Assembly (NCBI GenBank): GCA_003345555.1
Contig: PRDJ01000061.1
Coordinates: 1 to 32,000 of the forward strand
Direction: 5' to 3'
Length of the DNA: 32,000 nucleotides
Source: Candidatus Thorarchaeota archaeon
GTDB taxonomy: Archaea > Asgardarchaeota > Thorarchaeia > Thorarchaeales > Thorarchaeaceae
Shown: positions 7,433 to 16,329 of the stretch, one piece after another
How the letters are laid out: each line of letters starts with the position of its first letter
Position numbering within the stretch: position 1 is the stretch's first letter
Notes under the pieces: model-generated
The model's input: only the letters and a program-made list of their open reading frames with translations
What the model was told of the DNA's origin: nothing
Databases searched by the model: none
Made by a program: the position numbers and the translations under genes

Positions 7433-8686
7433 ATGGCGTCCGTCCAAGACGACACTGCAGCCTTTGACGGCTATTTGCCAGTATTCACGGGTCTTTCCGA
7501 ACCGACTAACAGAGGAAATGAATCGTTGATACATGCGAGCTTGAAGGATGCGGCGAGGGCACTTGAGGAAGGACGCGCAAAAGACGCAGTCTCCATCCTT
7601 GAACGAATCCTTGATTCAGACGGAGAGGATGCTGACATCCTTGTTTGCCTCGGCATGGCTCATCTTCAGTGCGGGGACCCTGCGAAGGCAGTGGAGGTTC
7701 TAAGGAAGGCAGAGAGCCTAGCAGATGACCACACTGTTCTTGCTCTTGTGATGGGGCGTGCTCTGAAAGCCTTGGGCGAGTTCGACGAGGCGGAGAAGTA
7801 TCTGAGGCTGGCTGTGCAACTCGATCCCGAAGAGCCAGAGGCATGGACCGACCTTTGCAAGGTTCTTTATGTCAAGACGAGATACGCAGAGGCATGCGAC
7901 CAGCTGCGTCGTGCAGTATCTCGCTTCCCGCAGGATAGGAAACTCCTAGGATTGTACGCGATGTCTCTTCACAGACTCGGCGACTACGGAGGGGCCGCTG
8001 AAATCTGGGAGAAGATAGAACGGCTGCAGCCCCAGTCTATTGTTGCAGTGTCGAACCATGCATATGCACTGCTACTTCAAGGAAGGGTCAGCGAAGCCGA
8101 GCACCTCATCGAGAAAGCCCTACAGATAGACCCGGATAACTACCGGACTCTAATCGTGCTTGGTGAGACTAAGTTTAGGCAGGACCGTGCCGAAGAGGCG
8201 GTTTCCATCTTCTCGAGCGTTCTACAGCTCGAGCCCAACAATGCAGAAGCTCTAGGGAGGCTTGCCGTACTAGCACAGCGTTGTCGCGACGAGGATGGCT
8301 GCGAATCCTATCTACAGAGGCTCAAGTCTAGTCTTGCAGAGAATCCTGAGTCTTGGCGCTATTTCCACGAGACTTACAGGCTGCTGGGTCGGACTCGTGA
8401 GCTGATCGATTGCCTACTCAAGGGAGCAAGAGATGATTCTGGTGCGGCTGCTGTGTGGGTAACACTCGCAGCAGAATATCAAATTCGGGGGGAATCCAAG
8501 CTTGCTGAGGACGCGTGGATGATCTCCATCAGGCTCAGAGGATACGTGAAGGCCCATTGTCCAAAGTGCCAGTACAACTTCCGAATCAAATACGAAGAGA
8601 ACGAATCCTTCGACATCAGCAATAGCCTGACTTGCCCGGCCTGCTTTGAGACTGTACCAATGCCTGAGGGACTTGCTCTTTATTAG
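7433..8686 (+). CDS. Tetratricopeptide-repeat protein with C-terminal Zn ribbon
   Basis: Repeated A..L..A..LDP.N..A...LG TPR pattern; C-terminal CPKC...CPAC. ATG 7433 preferred over TTG 7337. Confidence 0.88.
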   Translation: MASVQDDTAAFDGYLPVFTGLSEPTNRGNESLIHASLKDAARALEEGRAKDAVSILERILDSDGEDADILVCLGMAHLQCGDPAKAVEVLRKAESLADDHTVLALVMGRALKALGEFDEAEKYLRLAVQLDPEEPEAWTDLCKVLYVKTRYAEACDQLRRAVSRFPQDRKLLGLYAMSLHRLGDYGGAAEIWEKIERLQPQSIVAVSNHAYALLLQGRVSEAEHLIEKALQIDPDNYRTLIVLGETKFRQDRAEEAVSIFSSVLQLEPNNAEALGRLAVLAQRCRDEDGCESYLQRLKSSLAENPESWRYFHETYRLLGRTRELIDCLLKGARDDSGAAAVWVTLAAEYQIRGESKLAEDAWMISIRLRGYVKAHCPKCQYNFRIKYEENESFDISNSLTCPACFETVPMPEGLALY

Positions 8687-8709
8687 AGCGTTGACCCATC
8701 TACTGAGAG

Positions 8710-9204
8710 ATGGCGAGCCGTAAATATCCAAAGTACCCGATTCCATCAGTGGGCGGGGTAGTCGTCGGACGAAACGGTATACTCTTGGTACGAAGAGACA
8801 AAGAGCCCGGGAAAGGCAGCTGGAGCGTTCCCGGAGGCGCAATCGAGTTGGGGGAGGATCAAGAACGTGCCCTTGTCAGAGAGATTAGAGAAGAGACCGG
8901 CGTTCTGTCCAAGGTGATTCAGCTGTTGGGCACGGCGGACGTTGTGATTCGAGATTCGAAAGGAAAAGTCGAATATCATTACGTCATAAATCATTACTTG
9001 GTCAGAGCGCTTACTGACGACACCCGGCCTGAAAGTGCCGAGGCCGAAGTCAGATGGTTCAAGTTTGAAAATCTGCCGAAGACCGACATGAATCCGAGAG
9101 TCTACCAGCTCCTCGAACGAAACAAGGAGAAGATTGTCCTTCTGGCAGCCGGAACAGAAAGCAGCAAGCAATGGAGACTGGACACGCCCGGACACGGAAA
9201 ATAA
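8710..9204 (+). CDS. Nudix hydrolase (ADP-ribose pyrophosphatase-like)
   Basis: Nudix box GGAIELGEDQERALVREIREETG; LLVRR..EPGKG.WSVPGG; HYVI..Y. Confidence 0.92.
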   Translation: MASRKYPKYPIPSVGGVVVGRNGILLVRRDKEPGKGSWSVPGGAIELGEDQERALVREIREETGVLSKVIQLLGTADVVIRDSKGKVEYHYVINHYLVRALTDDTRPESAEAEVRWFKFENLPKTDMNPRVYQLLERNKEKIVLLAAGTESSKQWRLDTPGHGK

Positions 9205-9291
9205 AGTATATCGCCAAGAAGTATAAAAGGAAAAGGAATCGTGTTAGAAGTGGCAGAACTCTGTAGCATCTTAAGGAAGTGTTCGTAGCCG

Positions 9292-9753
9292 ATGTTCAGA
9301 ACAATAATCTCACTGTTAATATGCCTCCTTGTGGCTGTCGTAATTGGTGCATTCCAGATTCTGGGCCTAACGGTAGCTCAGATACAGGCACTACTAGGCT
9401 CTGGGTCTATAACCAGCGGTCTTCTGGCCTGGGGAGCTTTGCTCTTTGCACAGCTGATATTTCCGTACTCCGCCGCCTTGAGTGGCGTCTACGGACCTCT
9501 GGTTGCGCTTGGTGTTGCGGGATTTGTGGCAGGACTCATATCGAAGAGCGGTGTCAGGATGTTCTTCGTTTCCATCATCTCGATCGTCCTGTTCTTCCTG
9601 GGTTTCGCTCTGCTGAGCATGGGTCTGACCATCTCAGACTATTCCGCGATGTGGGGCATAATCCAGTCAATCGCAATAGACCTTGGCGCATCTTTCGCTC
9701 TGATCTTCATTCCAGGAGTCATTGGCGCAAGCCTGACAGCCGAGGAATATTAA
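9292..9753 (+). CDS. Hypothetical membrane protein (4-5 TM)
   Basis: Strongly hydrophobic, Gly-rich helices (GFVAGLI, GVIGASL); upstream TATAAAAG near 9221. Confidence 0.75.
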   Translation: MFRTIISLLICLLVAVVIGAFQILGLTVAQIQALLGSGSITSGLLAWGALLFAQLIFPYSAALSGVYGPLVALGVAGFVAGLISKSGVRMFFVSIISIVLFFLGFALLSMGLTISDYSAMWGIIQSIAIDLGASFALIFIPGVIGASLTAEEY

Positions 9754-9771
9754 ATCAACTAGAACTCTCGT

Positions 9772-9790
9772 AGGGGGTATCTTACCCCCT
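9772..9790. terminator. Hairpin at convergent junction, overlapping the RecJ stop codon
   Basis: AGGGGGTA-TCT-TACCCCCT, perfect 8-bp stem. Confidence 0.5.
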
Positions 9791-11308
9791 GCCCTCACTT
9801 TTTCTTTCGTCGGTTGACTGCAGGGATTTTGCGATCAGGTCTGATACTATTTCTAGGAATTCTTTCAGATAGTCAGAGTGTACAAACGCACCAGCCGCCA
9901 TGGGATGACCCCCTCCTTCTGCAACCATCGTTCCATATCTATCATTCAAGGATTTGCTGGCAGACACGAAGACTTCTCTCAGGTTGACGCCCCTCTTCAC
10001 AAGACTGCGGGCGGCGCGGCCAGATATCTTCAGCATAGGACCTTCGCCCGACACCTTGGTACTTACTCCAATCACCGGCTTGTCTGTAGGAACGATTCTC
10101 GACCCCTGAGCCATGCCTATCACTACACCTACAATGGTGTCAGGTGTTTCTGGATCCATGACGAGATACATCCCCGGTCTTTCCTCAACACCACCTGTCT
10201 CAAGACGCCGCAGCGCGCTAGCTAAGTTGGCACGGTGTTGCTGGAGTAGAGTCTGTCCTTCCCGCCAAGCCTCTAAGTCTCCGAAGCATATTCTGACACC
10301 CACCTCAGGTTTCTTGTTCCTTCCGCACGCGTTCAGCAGAGTCGAGAACTCTTTCGCAGTCCTGAGCTCCGTCCTCGGTGGGCGCCTGACAAGCGTCATC
10401 ACGTCACCGATGATACCAGTGGCGGCTTTGGGGTTCTCATAACTTTGAAGAATCGAATCAATTAGCTTCTGAATTACCCGTCTCTTCTCGTCGGGCTTCA
10501 AATCGGCCCATGTTCTCCAGATGTCCTCACTGTCCTTCAATGGGATGCCCAACTCATCAAAGAACGCAAAACACCCGTCCCTGTTGCCGGTGATTCCGGG
10601 AAGGTAGGGGTCTGTCGTAAACTCCAACAGGAACGGCAGCGGCCTTGTGCTTATCCCGAAGAATGTGAGGTCCTTGTGCACCTTGACGTAGCCATGTTGT
10701 TCTGCCAGAGCTATTATCTCCTTGTTCAAACCTGAAAACCCGCGACCATAGTAATCTTGAAGGTCACCCGTTGCGCCCACGACTGCCAGTTCGCTGAGAT
10801 CGACGTTCTCAGTTGATATCGCGTATGCAACCAAGAATGCCAAGCCTGCCCCTGAGAGTTCGGAACTCCCGATCATACCATGCTGACAAGGGTTCACTTC
10901 GATGATGCCTTGCTCGTTCTTCTCGCGCCAAGAATCCGGGTCTTCATCAGATGGAATATGATGGTCTAGAACGATGATGGCCTCGATGCCCGGTTGGCCT
11001 TGGATGTTCTCTCGCACAAGACTCATCTGACCAGACCCAAAGTCGGTGAATATGACCAAGTCTGGTTGTAACTCTCCCACGAGGGTCTTAACTTCTAGGA
11101 CGGTCTCGGAGCTCAGCTGGTGGATGTTTCTCCAAGATGTTTTCTTGCCGAGTCGCTCGAGCGTTGTGACCACTATGGCCAGAGAAGTTATCCCATCTGC
11201 ATCTATGTGTGAGATTGCAAGGATCTTTGTGGAATTCCTAACAGCGCTGGCGGCTCTGTTCACTTGGTCTCGCAGTGAATCCGGCTGTACGAAGCTGAGT
11301 CTCTCCAT
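9782..11308 (-). CDS. recJ: DHH-family exonuclease, archaeal RecJ/GAN (Cdc45 homologue)
   Basis: SHIDADG, TDFGS, LDHH, GDLQD, NACGR, DHHA1 motif GGGHPMAAG; catalytic motifs appear intact. Confidence 0.9.
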   Translation of the reverse strand: MERLSFVQPDSLRDQVNRAASAVRNSTKILAISHIDADGITSLAIVVTTLERLGKKTSWRNIHQLSSETVLEVKTLVGELQPDLVIFTDFGSGQMSLVRENIQGQPGIEAIIVLDHHIPSDEDPDSWREKNEQGIIEVNPCQHGMIGSSELSGAGLAFLVAYAISTENVDLSELAVVGATGDLQDYYGRGFSGLNKEIIALAEQHGYVKVHKDLTFFGISTRPLPFLLEFTTDPYLPGITGNRDGCFAFFDELGIPLKDSEDIWRTWADLKPDEKRRVIQKLIDSILQSYENPKAATGIIGDVMTLVRRPPRTELRTAKEFSTLLNACGRNKKPEVGVRICFGDLEAWREGQTLLQQHRANLASALRRLETGGVEERPGMYLVMDPETPDTIVGVVIGMAQGSRIVPTDKPVIGVSTKVSGEGPMLKISGRAARSLVKRGVNLREVFVSASKSLNDRYGTMVAEGGGHPMAAGAFVHSDYLKEFLEIVSDLIAKSLQSTDERKSEGRG

Positions 11309-11411
11309 GAACCTACAATCAGCCTCCTGCCCAAGTTATCATTTAAGCTGAGCGCTATGGAATAGCATTCTGGCGAGTATGCTTCGAGATGGGGCGACAC
11401 GGTCCGGGAAC

Positions 11412-11930
11412 TCAGCGTGCCTTGGCAATCTCACGCTGCCAGTCTCTAAGATCATCACGCAGCTTCTTCAGGTCATTGGCACTGATAGGATCGATGCGAT
11501 TATAGGTTCTCAGAATCCTAGTCCATCGCTGTATCCTGACTACGAGAGCACCCCCGCTCCCTCCCTGCTCAAGAGTCTCCGCAGCTTCGTTTATCTTCAG
11601 GGCCAAGTCACTAGCAATTGCTCCTTCTCTTATTTGGGAGTCAAGCGTGTCAAGAACGGCCTGAAGAGCTGACGCTGCCGAACGGGGTTCAGCAGCCGCC
11701 GAAGATGGTGCAGACACAGCTCCCGCCGGGGTCCTCCGTGTGCCTTGTAATACCTCTTCGAGTCTCTTGTTGTTAGTAGCGACTGCATTAGAGATCTGGG
11801 CCACGGTGTCTTGAATTTCCCCAATTCTCGACACTACCTCAATCATGCGATTCAGTGTGTCGGCCAAACGCTCAAGCGACGTGCTAATCTCTGCAAGCTT
11901 GGCTCGCACGTAGGTGTCATGTTCACTCAT
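11412..11930 (-). CDS. Hypothetical protein: N-terminal coiled coil, Ala/Pro/Ser linker, helical C-domain
   Basis: Heptad pattern over about residues 10-60, APSSAAAEP linker, purine-rich AGGGAAG before ATG. Confidence 0.75.
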   Translation of the reverse strand: MSEHDTYVRAKLAEISTSLERLADTLNRMIEVVSRIGEIQDTVAQISNAVATNNKRLEEVLQGTRRTPAGAVSAPSSAAAEPRSAASALQAVLDTLDSQIREGAIASDLALKINEAAETLEQGGSGGALVVRIQRWTRILRTYNRIDPISANDLKKLRDDLRDWQREIAKAR

Positions 11931-12088
11931 GTACTTCCCTCATATGGCACGGCATAATATGCTATGAACGGGGGCTAGGAGTCTGGCCAGTCTGATTAAA
12001 CTTTCTATGCGCTGAGTAGTTTATGATTGAGTTCAAGACAGGGAGCAGGCCACCTAAGGAGCACGCAGCCTAAGGCTCTGCAAAAACC

Positions 12089-12526
12089 GTGCTGCAACCT
12101 AATGTTATTATAGCTTGCTCGGCGACCGACACCATCGGAAGGCTTGGGATTCCAGCCACAAGGAGGCTGCAACCAACGTACGTAATCAGCAGCAAGAAAA
12201 GAGAGGAAGTGCCGGTTGCTGTGCCGGGCACAGAGAAGGCCAAGTGTCGTTGGCTCGTGGATCGAAGCAGCGGTGCCAAGACGTATGCTTTGCGTTTGTT
12301 CGAGATAGAGCCCGGCGGAATTGTGCCGCTACATCAGCATCCTGAAGAGCACGAAATCTTCGTTATCGGCGGCAAGGCCGAAGTCATGTCTGTTACGGGC
12401 AACACTTCCGCGCGAAAAGATGATGTGATATTCATTCCATCAAACATGATTCACGGAATCGACAATCGGAAGGGAAAGGAGGCCTTCAAGTTCATCTGTG
12501 TCATACCCTTGCTAAGCAAGGAGTAG
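12089..12526 (+). CDS. Cupin-domain protein (cupin_2); true start may be GTG 12209
   Basis: Metal-binding motif PLHQHPEEHE and motif 2 IFIPSNMIHGI; GAGG precedes GTG 12209. Confidence 0.85.
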   Translation: MLQPNVIIACSATDTIGRLGIPATRRLQPTYVISSKKREEVPVAVPGTEKAKCRWLVDRSSGAKTYALRLFEIEPGGIVPLHQHPEEHEIFVIGGKAEVMSVTGNTSARKDDVIFIPSNMIHGIDNRKGKEAFKFICVIPLLSKE

Positions 12527-12615
12527 GCCGAAAGACGCCTCTGTGACTCCAACTCGCCGCATTCATATGGGCAAGCAACGTCTTCATGGATAACAACCCG
12601 AAAGCCGGTGTGACA

Positions 12616-13422
12616 ATGAAGCTCAGGGACAAGCAATTGTGGCTCTTCGATGTTGACAACACGATTGTTGAACAAATCGAACATCCAACTCCCTTTCAAG
12701 ACGCACTTGACCTGTGTGATGAACTCGTCAGAAGAGGAAAGACTATCGGCATTCTGACAAACATTGGGCGTTTGTCATCGAGACAGATTCAGCGAATCCT
12801 GAATAGTGCCGGATTCAAGTTCGAAGCTGTCAACGTCTTCAGCGCCGGAGCTGCAGCAGCGGCGTACGTCCACAACAGGTACCCGGGCGCCAGATGCTTT
12901 GTTATCAGTGAAGGAGGAGCGATTGAAGACTTCATCGCAAGAGGGCTCGACGTGACCAATAACCCCCCGGTCGACTTTGTCGCAGTCGGCGCTGATAGGG
13001 GACTCACGTACGAGCGGCTGAATTTCGCTACAAAGATGGTCAGGGACGGCGCACCACTCGTCTGCATAAGTGGGAGTAGAGACTACCCTGGAACGTACTT
13101 GGGCAAAGAAGACACATTCATCGGTGAACGCTCAATCGTTGCGGCAATCGAGGACGCGACCGGCACAAAAGCTGTGATTGTCGGCAAGCCCCTGCCAGAG
13201 ATATTCGTGGAGTCTGTCAGGTCGCTTGGTTTCAGTATCGCAGAGTCTGTCATGGTTGGGGACAACCCCGCATCGGACGTAGCTGGAGGCCGGGCAGCCA
13301 GCATGACAACCATCCTTGTGAGGAGGGACCCATCGCTCATTCTATCGTACGATTCGCGAGGACTCGACCAGACTCCAGACGTTACTGTCAATAGTCTTGA
13401 CGAAGTCATTTCAAAGCTCTAG
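12616..13422 (+). CDS. HAD-superfamily subfamily IIA hydrolase (NagD-like phosphatase)
   Basis: Motif I FDVDNT, LTN, VGKP, motif IV MVGDNPASDVAGG. ATG 12616 or 12586. Confidence 0.92.
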   Translation: MKLRDKQLWLFDVDNTIVEQIEHPTPFQDALDLCDELVRRGKTIGILTNIGRLSSRQIQRILNSAGFKFEAVNVFSAGAAAAAYVHNRYPGARCFVISEGGAIEDFIARGLDVTNNPPVDFVAVGADRGLTYERLNFATKMVRDGAPLVCISGSRDYPGTYLGKEDTFIGERSIVAAIEDATGTKAVIVGKPLPEIFVESVRSLGFSIAESVMVGDNPASDVAGGRAASMTTILVRRDPSLILSYDSRGLDQTPDVTVNSLDEVISKL

Positions 13423-13512
13423 GCCGAAAGGTGAGCTTGTTTTGTAAGTGATAAATGCATAGCAGACAGAGCCCGAAAGACTCAAACGTGCTGAACCGGT
13501 CAACCTGATTCG

Positions 13513-14226
13513 ATGAGCCCTTATAGCAGACCCTTCACCGGGAAGCTGGCGAATGGGAGCCTCGTGAGTTTCAAGGTTGACTGTAAGGGGTTGAGCCTTG
13601 GGGTCATTCAAATGGTCGACGTCAGAGTCGCGCCATCGCCCCCGGCATTCGAGGACTACGAGCAAGAGGTTTTTGATCGTATCCGCTCTGAAATGACGCT
13701 TGATGGCCTCAAGGATGACCCAGTCTTTCGCTCATTCAGGGAGTTGTATTGGACCTTCGGGATGGATCCCACAAAACTGCGCGTCTCAAGCGAAGCGCTT
13801 CTGAGAAGGATACTCGTGGGTCAGAACCTTTGGCGAGTCAACAGTGTCGTTGATGTCGGCAACCTTGCTTCGGTCGTCCATAAGCTGCCAATCGGTTTGA
13901 CAGACCTGTCGAAAATCGTGGGAAAGCTGTCAGTCCGCACGGCCAAGAAGGGTGAATTGTTCCGCAGAATCGGTGGAGAAGCACTTGAGTGCAGAGGCAG
14001 AGAAATCGTTCTTGCTGACGAAGAGAAAATCGTCTGCTTTGGTTATGCAACGCACGACTCTGACATCACAAGGGTCACTGACCACAGCAACGAAGTCTTG
14101 ATGCTCATATACGGGTCCGCGCGAACAAGCGAAGATGAAATGAATCGTGCATCAACCACGACCTTGGACATGATTGAGCGGTGGCTTGACTGCCGCGTCA
14201 CGGGCCGGCGGCTGTTTCGTTCGTAG
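13513..14226 (+). CDS. Stand-alone B3/4 domain protein (PheRS-beta editing-domain-like, putative tRNA trans-editing); start possibly GTG 13564
   Basis: FRELYW.FG.DPTK.R.SSEALLRR, VN.VVD.GN..S....LPIG..DL, EIVLADEE. Confidence 0.85.
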   Translation: MSPYSRPFTGKLANGSLVSFKVDCKGLSLGVIQMVDVRVAPSPPAFEDYEQEVFDRIRSEMTLDGLKDDPVFRSFRELYWTFGMDPTKLRVSSEALLRRILVGQNLWRVNSVVDVGNLASVVHKLPIGLTDLSKIVGKLSVRTAKKGELFRRIGGEALECRGREIVLADEEKIVCFGYATHDSDITRVTDHSNEVLMLIYGSARTSEDEMNRASTTTLDMIERWLDCRVTGRRLFRS

Positions 14227-14273
14227 GTTGTGGTTGGCCGAGACTCTGTATCAGGAACAGTTCGAACCACAAC
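14227..14273. terminator. Long stem-loop at convergent junction (B3/4 gene / HerA gene)
   Basis: GTTGTGGTT (14227-14235) pairs with AACCACAAC (14265-14273), with further inner pairing (CGA/TCG, CTGT/ACAG); begins right after the TAG. Confidence 0.5.
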
Positions 14274-14283
14274 GAAGAGTACT

Positions 14284-16215
14284 TCAGAATTGCAGGAAAG
14301 GTTTCCCCAAGATTACTCGATCTAGTAGGTGACTTATGGTCGCCTTTTCAACGATTTCCTCGAAACGCTTCTTGAGCCTGCCACCGTCAACATATTCAGG
14401 CTCAAGTATCCCAGCGCTCTTGACTACCTCTTGGAGGATGTAATCGAACTCGTAGCTCAGATACTCGGTTGGCTTGCCGGTCTTCTCGTTCGGTGCAACA
14501 ACCTTCTTCGCAAGGCCCTGGGAAATTGCAGTCTTGGTTTCCTTCAGGTATGTTGACATTGCCCGCTCATATTCGAAGTTCTTGGCCTTCACCAGCTCCT
14601 TCAGGAATGGTAGACCGAAGGTGGTTCTGGCGACAGCCTCGATTCTAGCTATGAATGCGTTCATTATGTCGTCATACGAAACCGCTCCAAGCTTGCCGCG
14701 AGTTGCGAATATCTTATCTGTCTCCTTGACTGACTTGAGCTTGGCCCTCTTCTCGTCGAGGACTCTCGCCCTCTCCTTCTCTTGCCGCTTTCGCTCCTCT
14801 TCCCGGGCCTTCTCTTCTTCGCGTGCCTTGCGTTCTGCCTCTTTGCGTCTCTCTTCCGCGGAGCGAGCTTTCTCTAATTCCTCGAGTAGCCGTTGCTGTT
14901 CCTTCACCATCGCGGCCATGTGTTTCTGTACGTCCTGCTCTGTGAGTGTCACATGATTCGTCAATAGCCATCGTACGGCCATTTGGCTAACCTTTGGGGC
15001 CATGTCTGCTGACGAGAATATGAAGGAGGCAACTTCCTGACCAGGGAGAGCCTTTATGATTGACTCTGATTCCCTTTCTCCCGCGATGGGCTCAAGGATC
15101 CTCTCCAAGACCTTTAGTGACTGTTCGCTGCTTATTCGTCCAGTGGCGATTGTATTGAACTGCTCGAATGCCTTGTAGTCGATATCCTTCGGGCTTTGAG
15201 TGGAAATCACACATTCAATACCATATTTCCTTGCCTGGCGGAACAGCAAGAGATAGATCTCCTTCGGGCCGGGCGCCCTCATGCCAGCCGGGATGAATGG
15301 TGCGGCTTCGTCTTGGTATATTACCAGTTTCGGTCTCTCTGTATAGCCCTGCTTCAGCATCCAAGAATATAGTTGATTCAGGACAATAGAGATGAAGAAA
15401 TGCTTCTCTTCTTCGCTCCTTAATGTCTTAAGAAACAGGACGTTGATTGGCGTCTTCCCATTTACCGGCTTGGTCAACTCGTCGAAATCTAGTTGGCCCT
15501 CCTCCCGGAACAGCAACTGAGATGAGCCTACGGTCAAGCTCCGAAGGGCCGCCGCAAGTTTCTGCCTTTCGCTCACCTTCATGAATGGCTCAAGATCGAC
15601 ACCCACAGATTCTTTGTCAGCAACGAGCATGTCAGCGAGCTCGCCAAGGCCCTTGATTTTGACCTTGTTCTGCCACTTGACTCGAATGAGCTCGTACACG
15701 GCAGCAAAGGACTTGCTCTCCCAAGTGGATGTAAGACCAGCTACTTTCAGAAGAACCTTGACAAGAGTTCTCGCCGAGTTGTCCAGTAAGCGAATCATGT
15801 CATCAGGGTCGGCCTTCTCATCAGGCAGACTCAGGGGATTAATGGAAACGGACAAGCCCTTGCTACTAGCAGGTGTGTAGACTCGCACTATGACCTTGTC
15901 CAAGTATTGCTTGAGGCGAGAGGAAGGTACTCCCTTTGATTCGAGGACTTTCGGATCGCCGGGCAGCATCAACGATGCAATATCGCCCTGAGGGTCGAAT
16001 GCAAGAACTGGGATCCCCTGCATTGCCGCCTCTTCGAGAATGACTTTGCCCAGTACCGTCTTTCCAGAGCCTGTTGACCCGAAGATGCCCCCATGACGCC
16101 TTAGCAAATCAGTGCTTATCTCAAAACGTTCGTCGGTCTTGTTTCCCTGGGAATCCAGCTTGTAACCCAGCCATAATCCGTCTTTCGTCATCGAAAGCAC
16201 CATCTTGAACCGCAT
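14284..16215 (-). CDS. HerA/FtsK-superfamily ATPase (DUF87/DUF853-like) with charged helical linker and C-terminal domain; start may be ATG 16203
   Basis: Walker A GSTGSGKT, DPQGD, Walker B YQDEA, arginine-finger region RQARKYG, STQSP; E/K/R-rich stretch after the ATPase domain. Confidence 0.88.
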   Translation of the reverse strand: MRFKMVLSMTKDGLWLGYKLDSQGNKTDERFEISTDLLRRHGGIFGSTGSGKTVLGKVILEEAAMQGIPVLAFDPQGDIASLMLPGDPKVLESKGVPSSRLKQYLDKVIVRVYTPASSKGLSVSINPLSLPDEKADPDDMIRLLDNSARTLVKVLLKVAGLTSTWESKSFAAVYELIRVKWQNKVKIKGLGELADMLVADKESVGVDLEPFMKVSERQKLAAALRSLTVGSSQLLFREEGQLDFDELTKPVNGKTPINVLFLKTLRSEEEKHFFISIVLNQLYSWMLKQGYTERPKLVIYQDEAAPFIPAGMRAPGPKEIYLLLFRQARKYGIECVISTQSPKDIDYKAFEQFNTIATGRISSEQSLKVLERILEPIAGERESESIIKALPGQEVASFIFSSADMAPKVSQMAVRWLLTNHVTLTEQDVQKHMAAMVKEQQRLLEELEKARSAEERRKEAERKAREEEKAREEERKRQEKERARVLDEKRAKLKSVKETDKIFATRGKLGAVSYDDIMNAFIARIEAVARTTFGLPFLKELVKAKNFEYERAMSTYLKETKTAISQGLAKKVVAPNEKTGKPTEYLSYEFDYILQEVVKSAGILEPEYVDGGRLKKRFEEIVEKATISHLLDRVILGKPFLQF

Positions 16216-16292
16216 GTCCGGCAGTCACACTTAAGCATGTTCCATTCCTAAGCACCTTGCCTGTTGCCTAACGACTTTGCTAAAAGAAGTAG

Positions 16293-16318
16293 AGAATGGA
16301 AGTGAATTCTTCCATTCT
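16293..16318. terminator. Perfect 10-bp hairpin downstream of the membrane-protein gene
   Basis: AGAATGGAAG-TGAATT-CTTCCATTCT, 11 nt past the stop at 16330 on the minus strand. Confidence 0.55.
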
Positions 16319-16329
16319 TGTCGCTGACA

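Noticed and set aside
12524-12613. Pyrrolysine/stop read-through at TAGGCCGAAAG, or a hammerhead ribozyme
   Set aside because: Read-through adds 28 non-protein-like codons to the cupin and only 3 to the HAD gene, with no fusion. The hammerhead core CUGANGA and its three stems are absent.
14474-14956. 160-aa plus-strand ORF
   Set aside because: Antisense shadow of the low-complexity E/K/R region, giving a Ser/Phe/Leu-rich read.
14284-16215. Canonical herA-nurA-mre11-rad50 repair operon or HerA-type defence system
   Set aside because: No nurA, mre11, rad50, Sir2 or DUF4297-like partner is adjacent; the gene is kept only as an orphan HerA-like ATPase.
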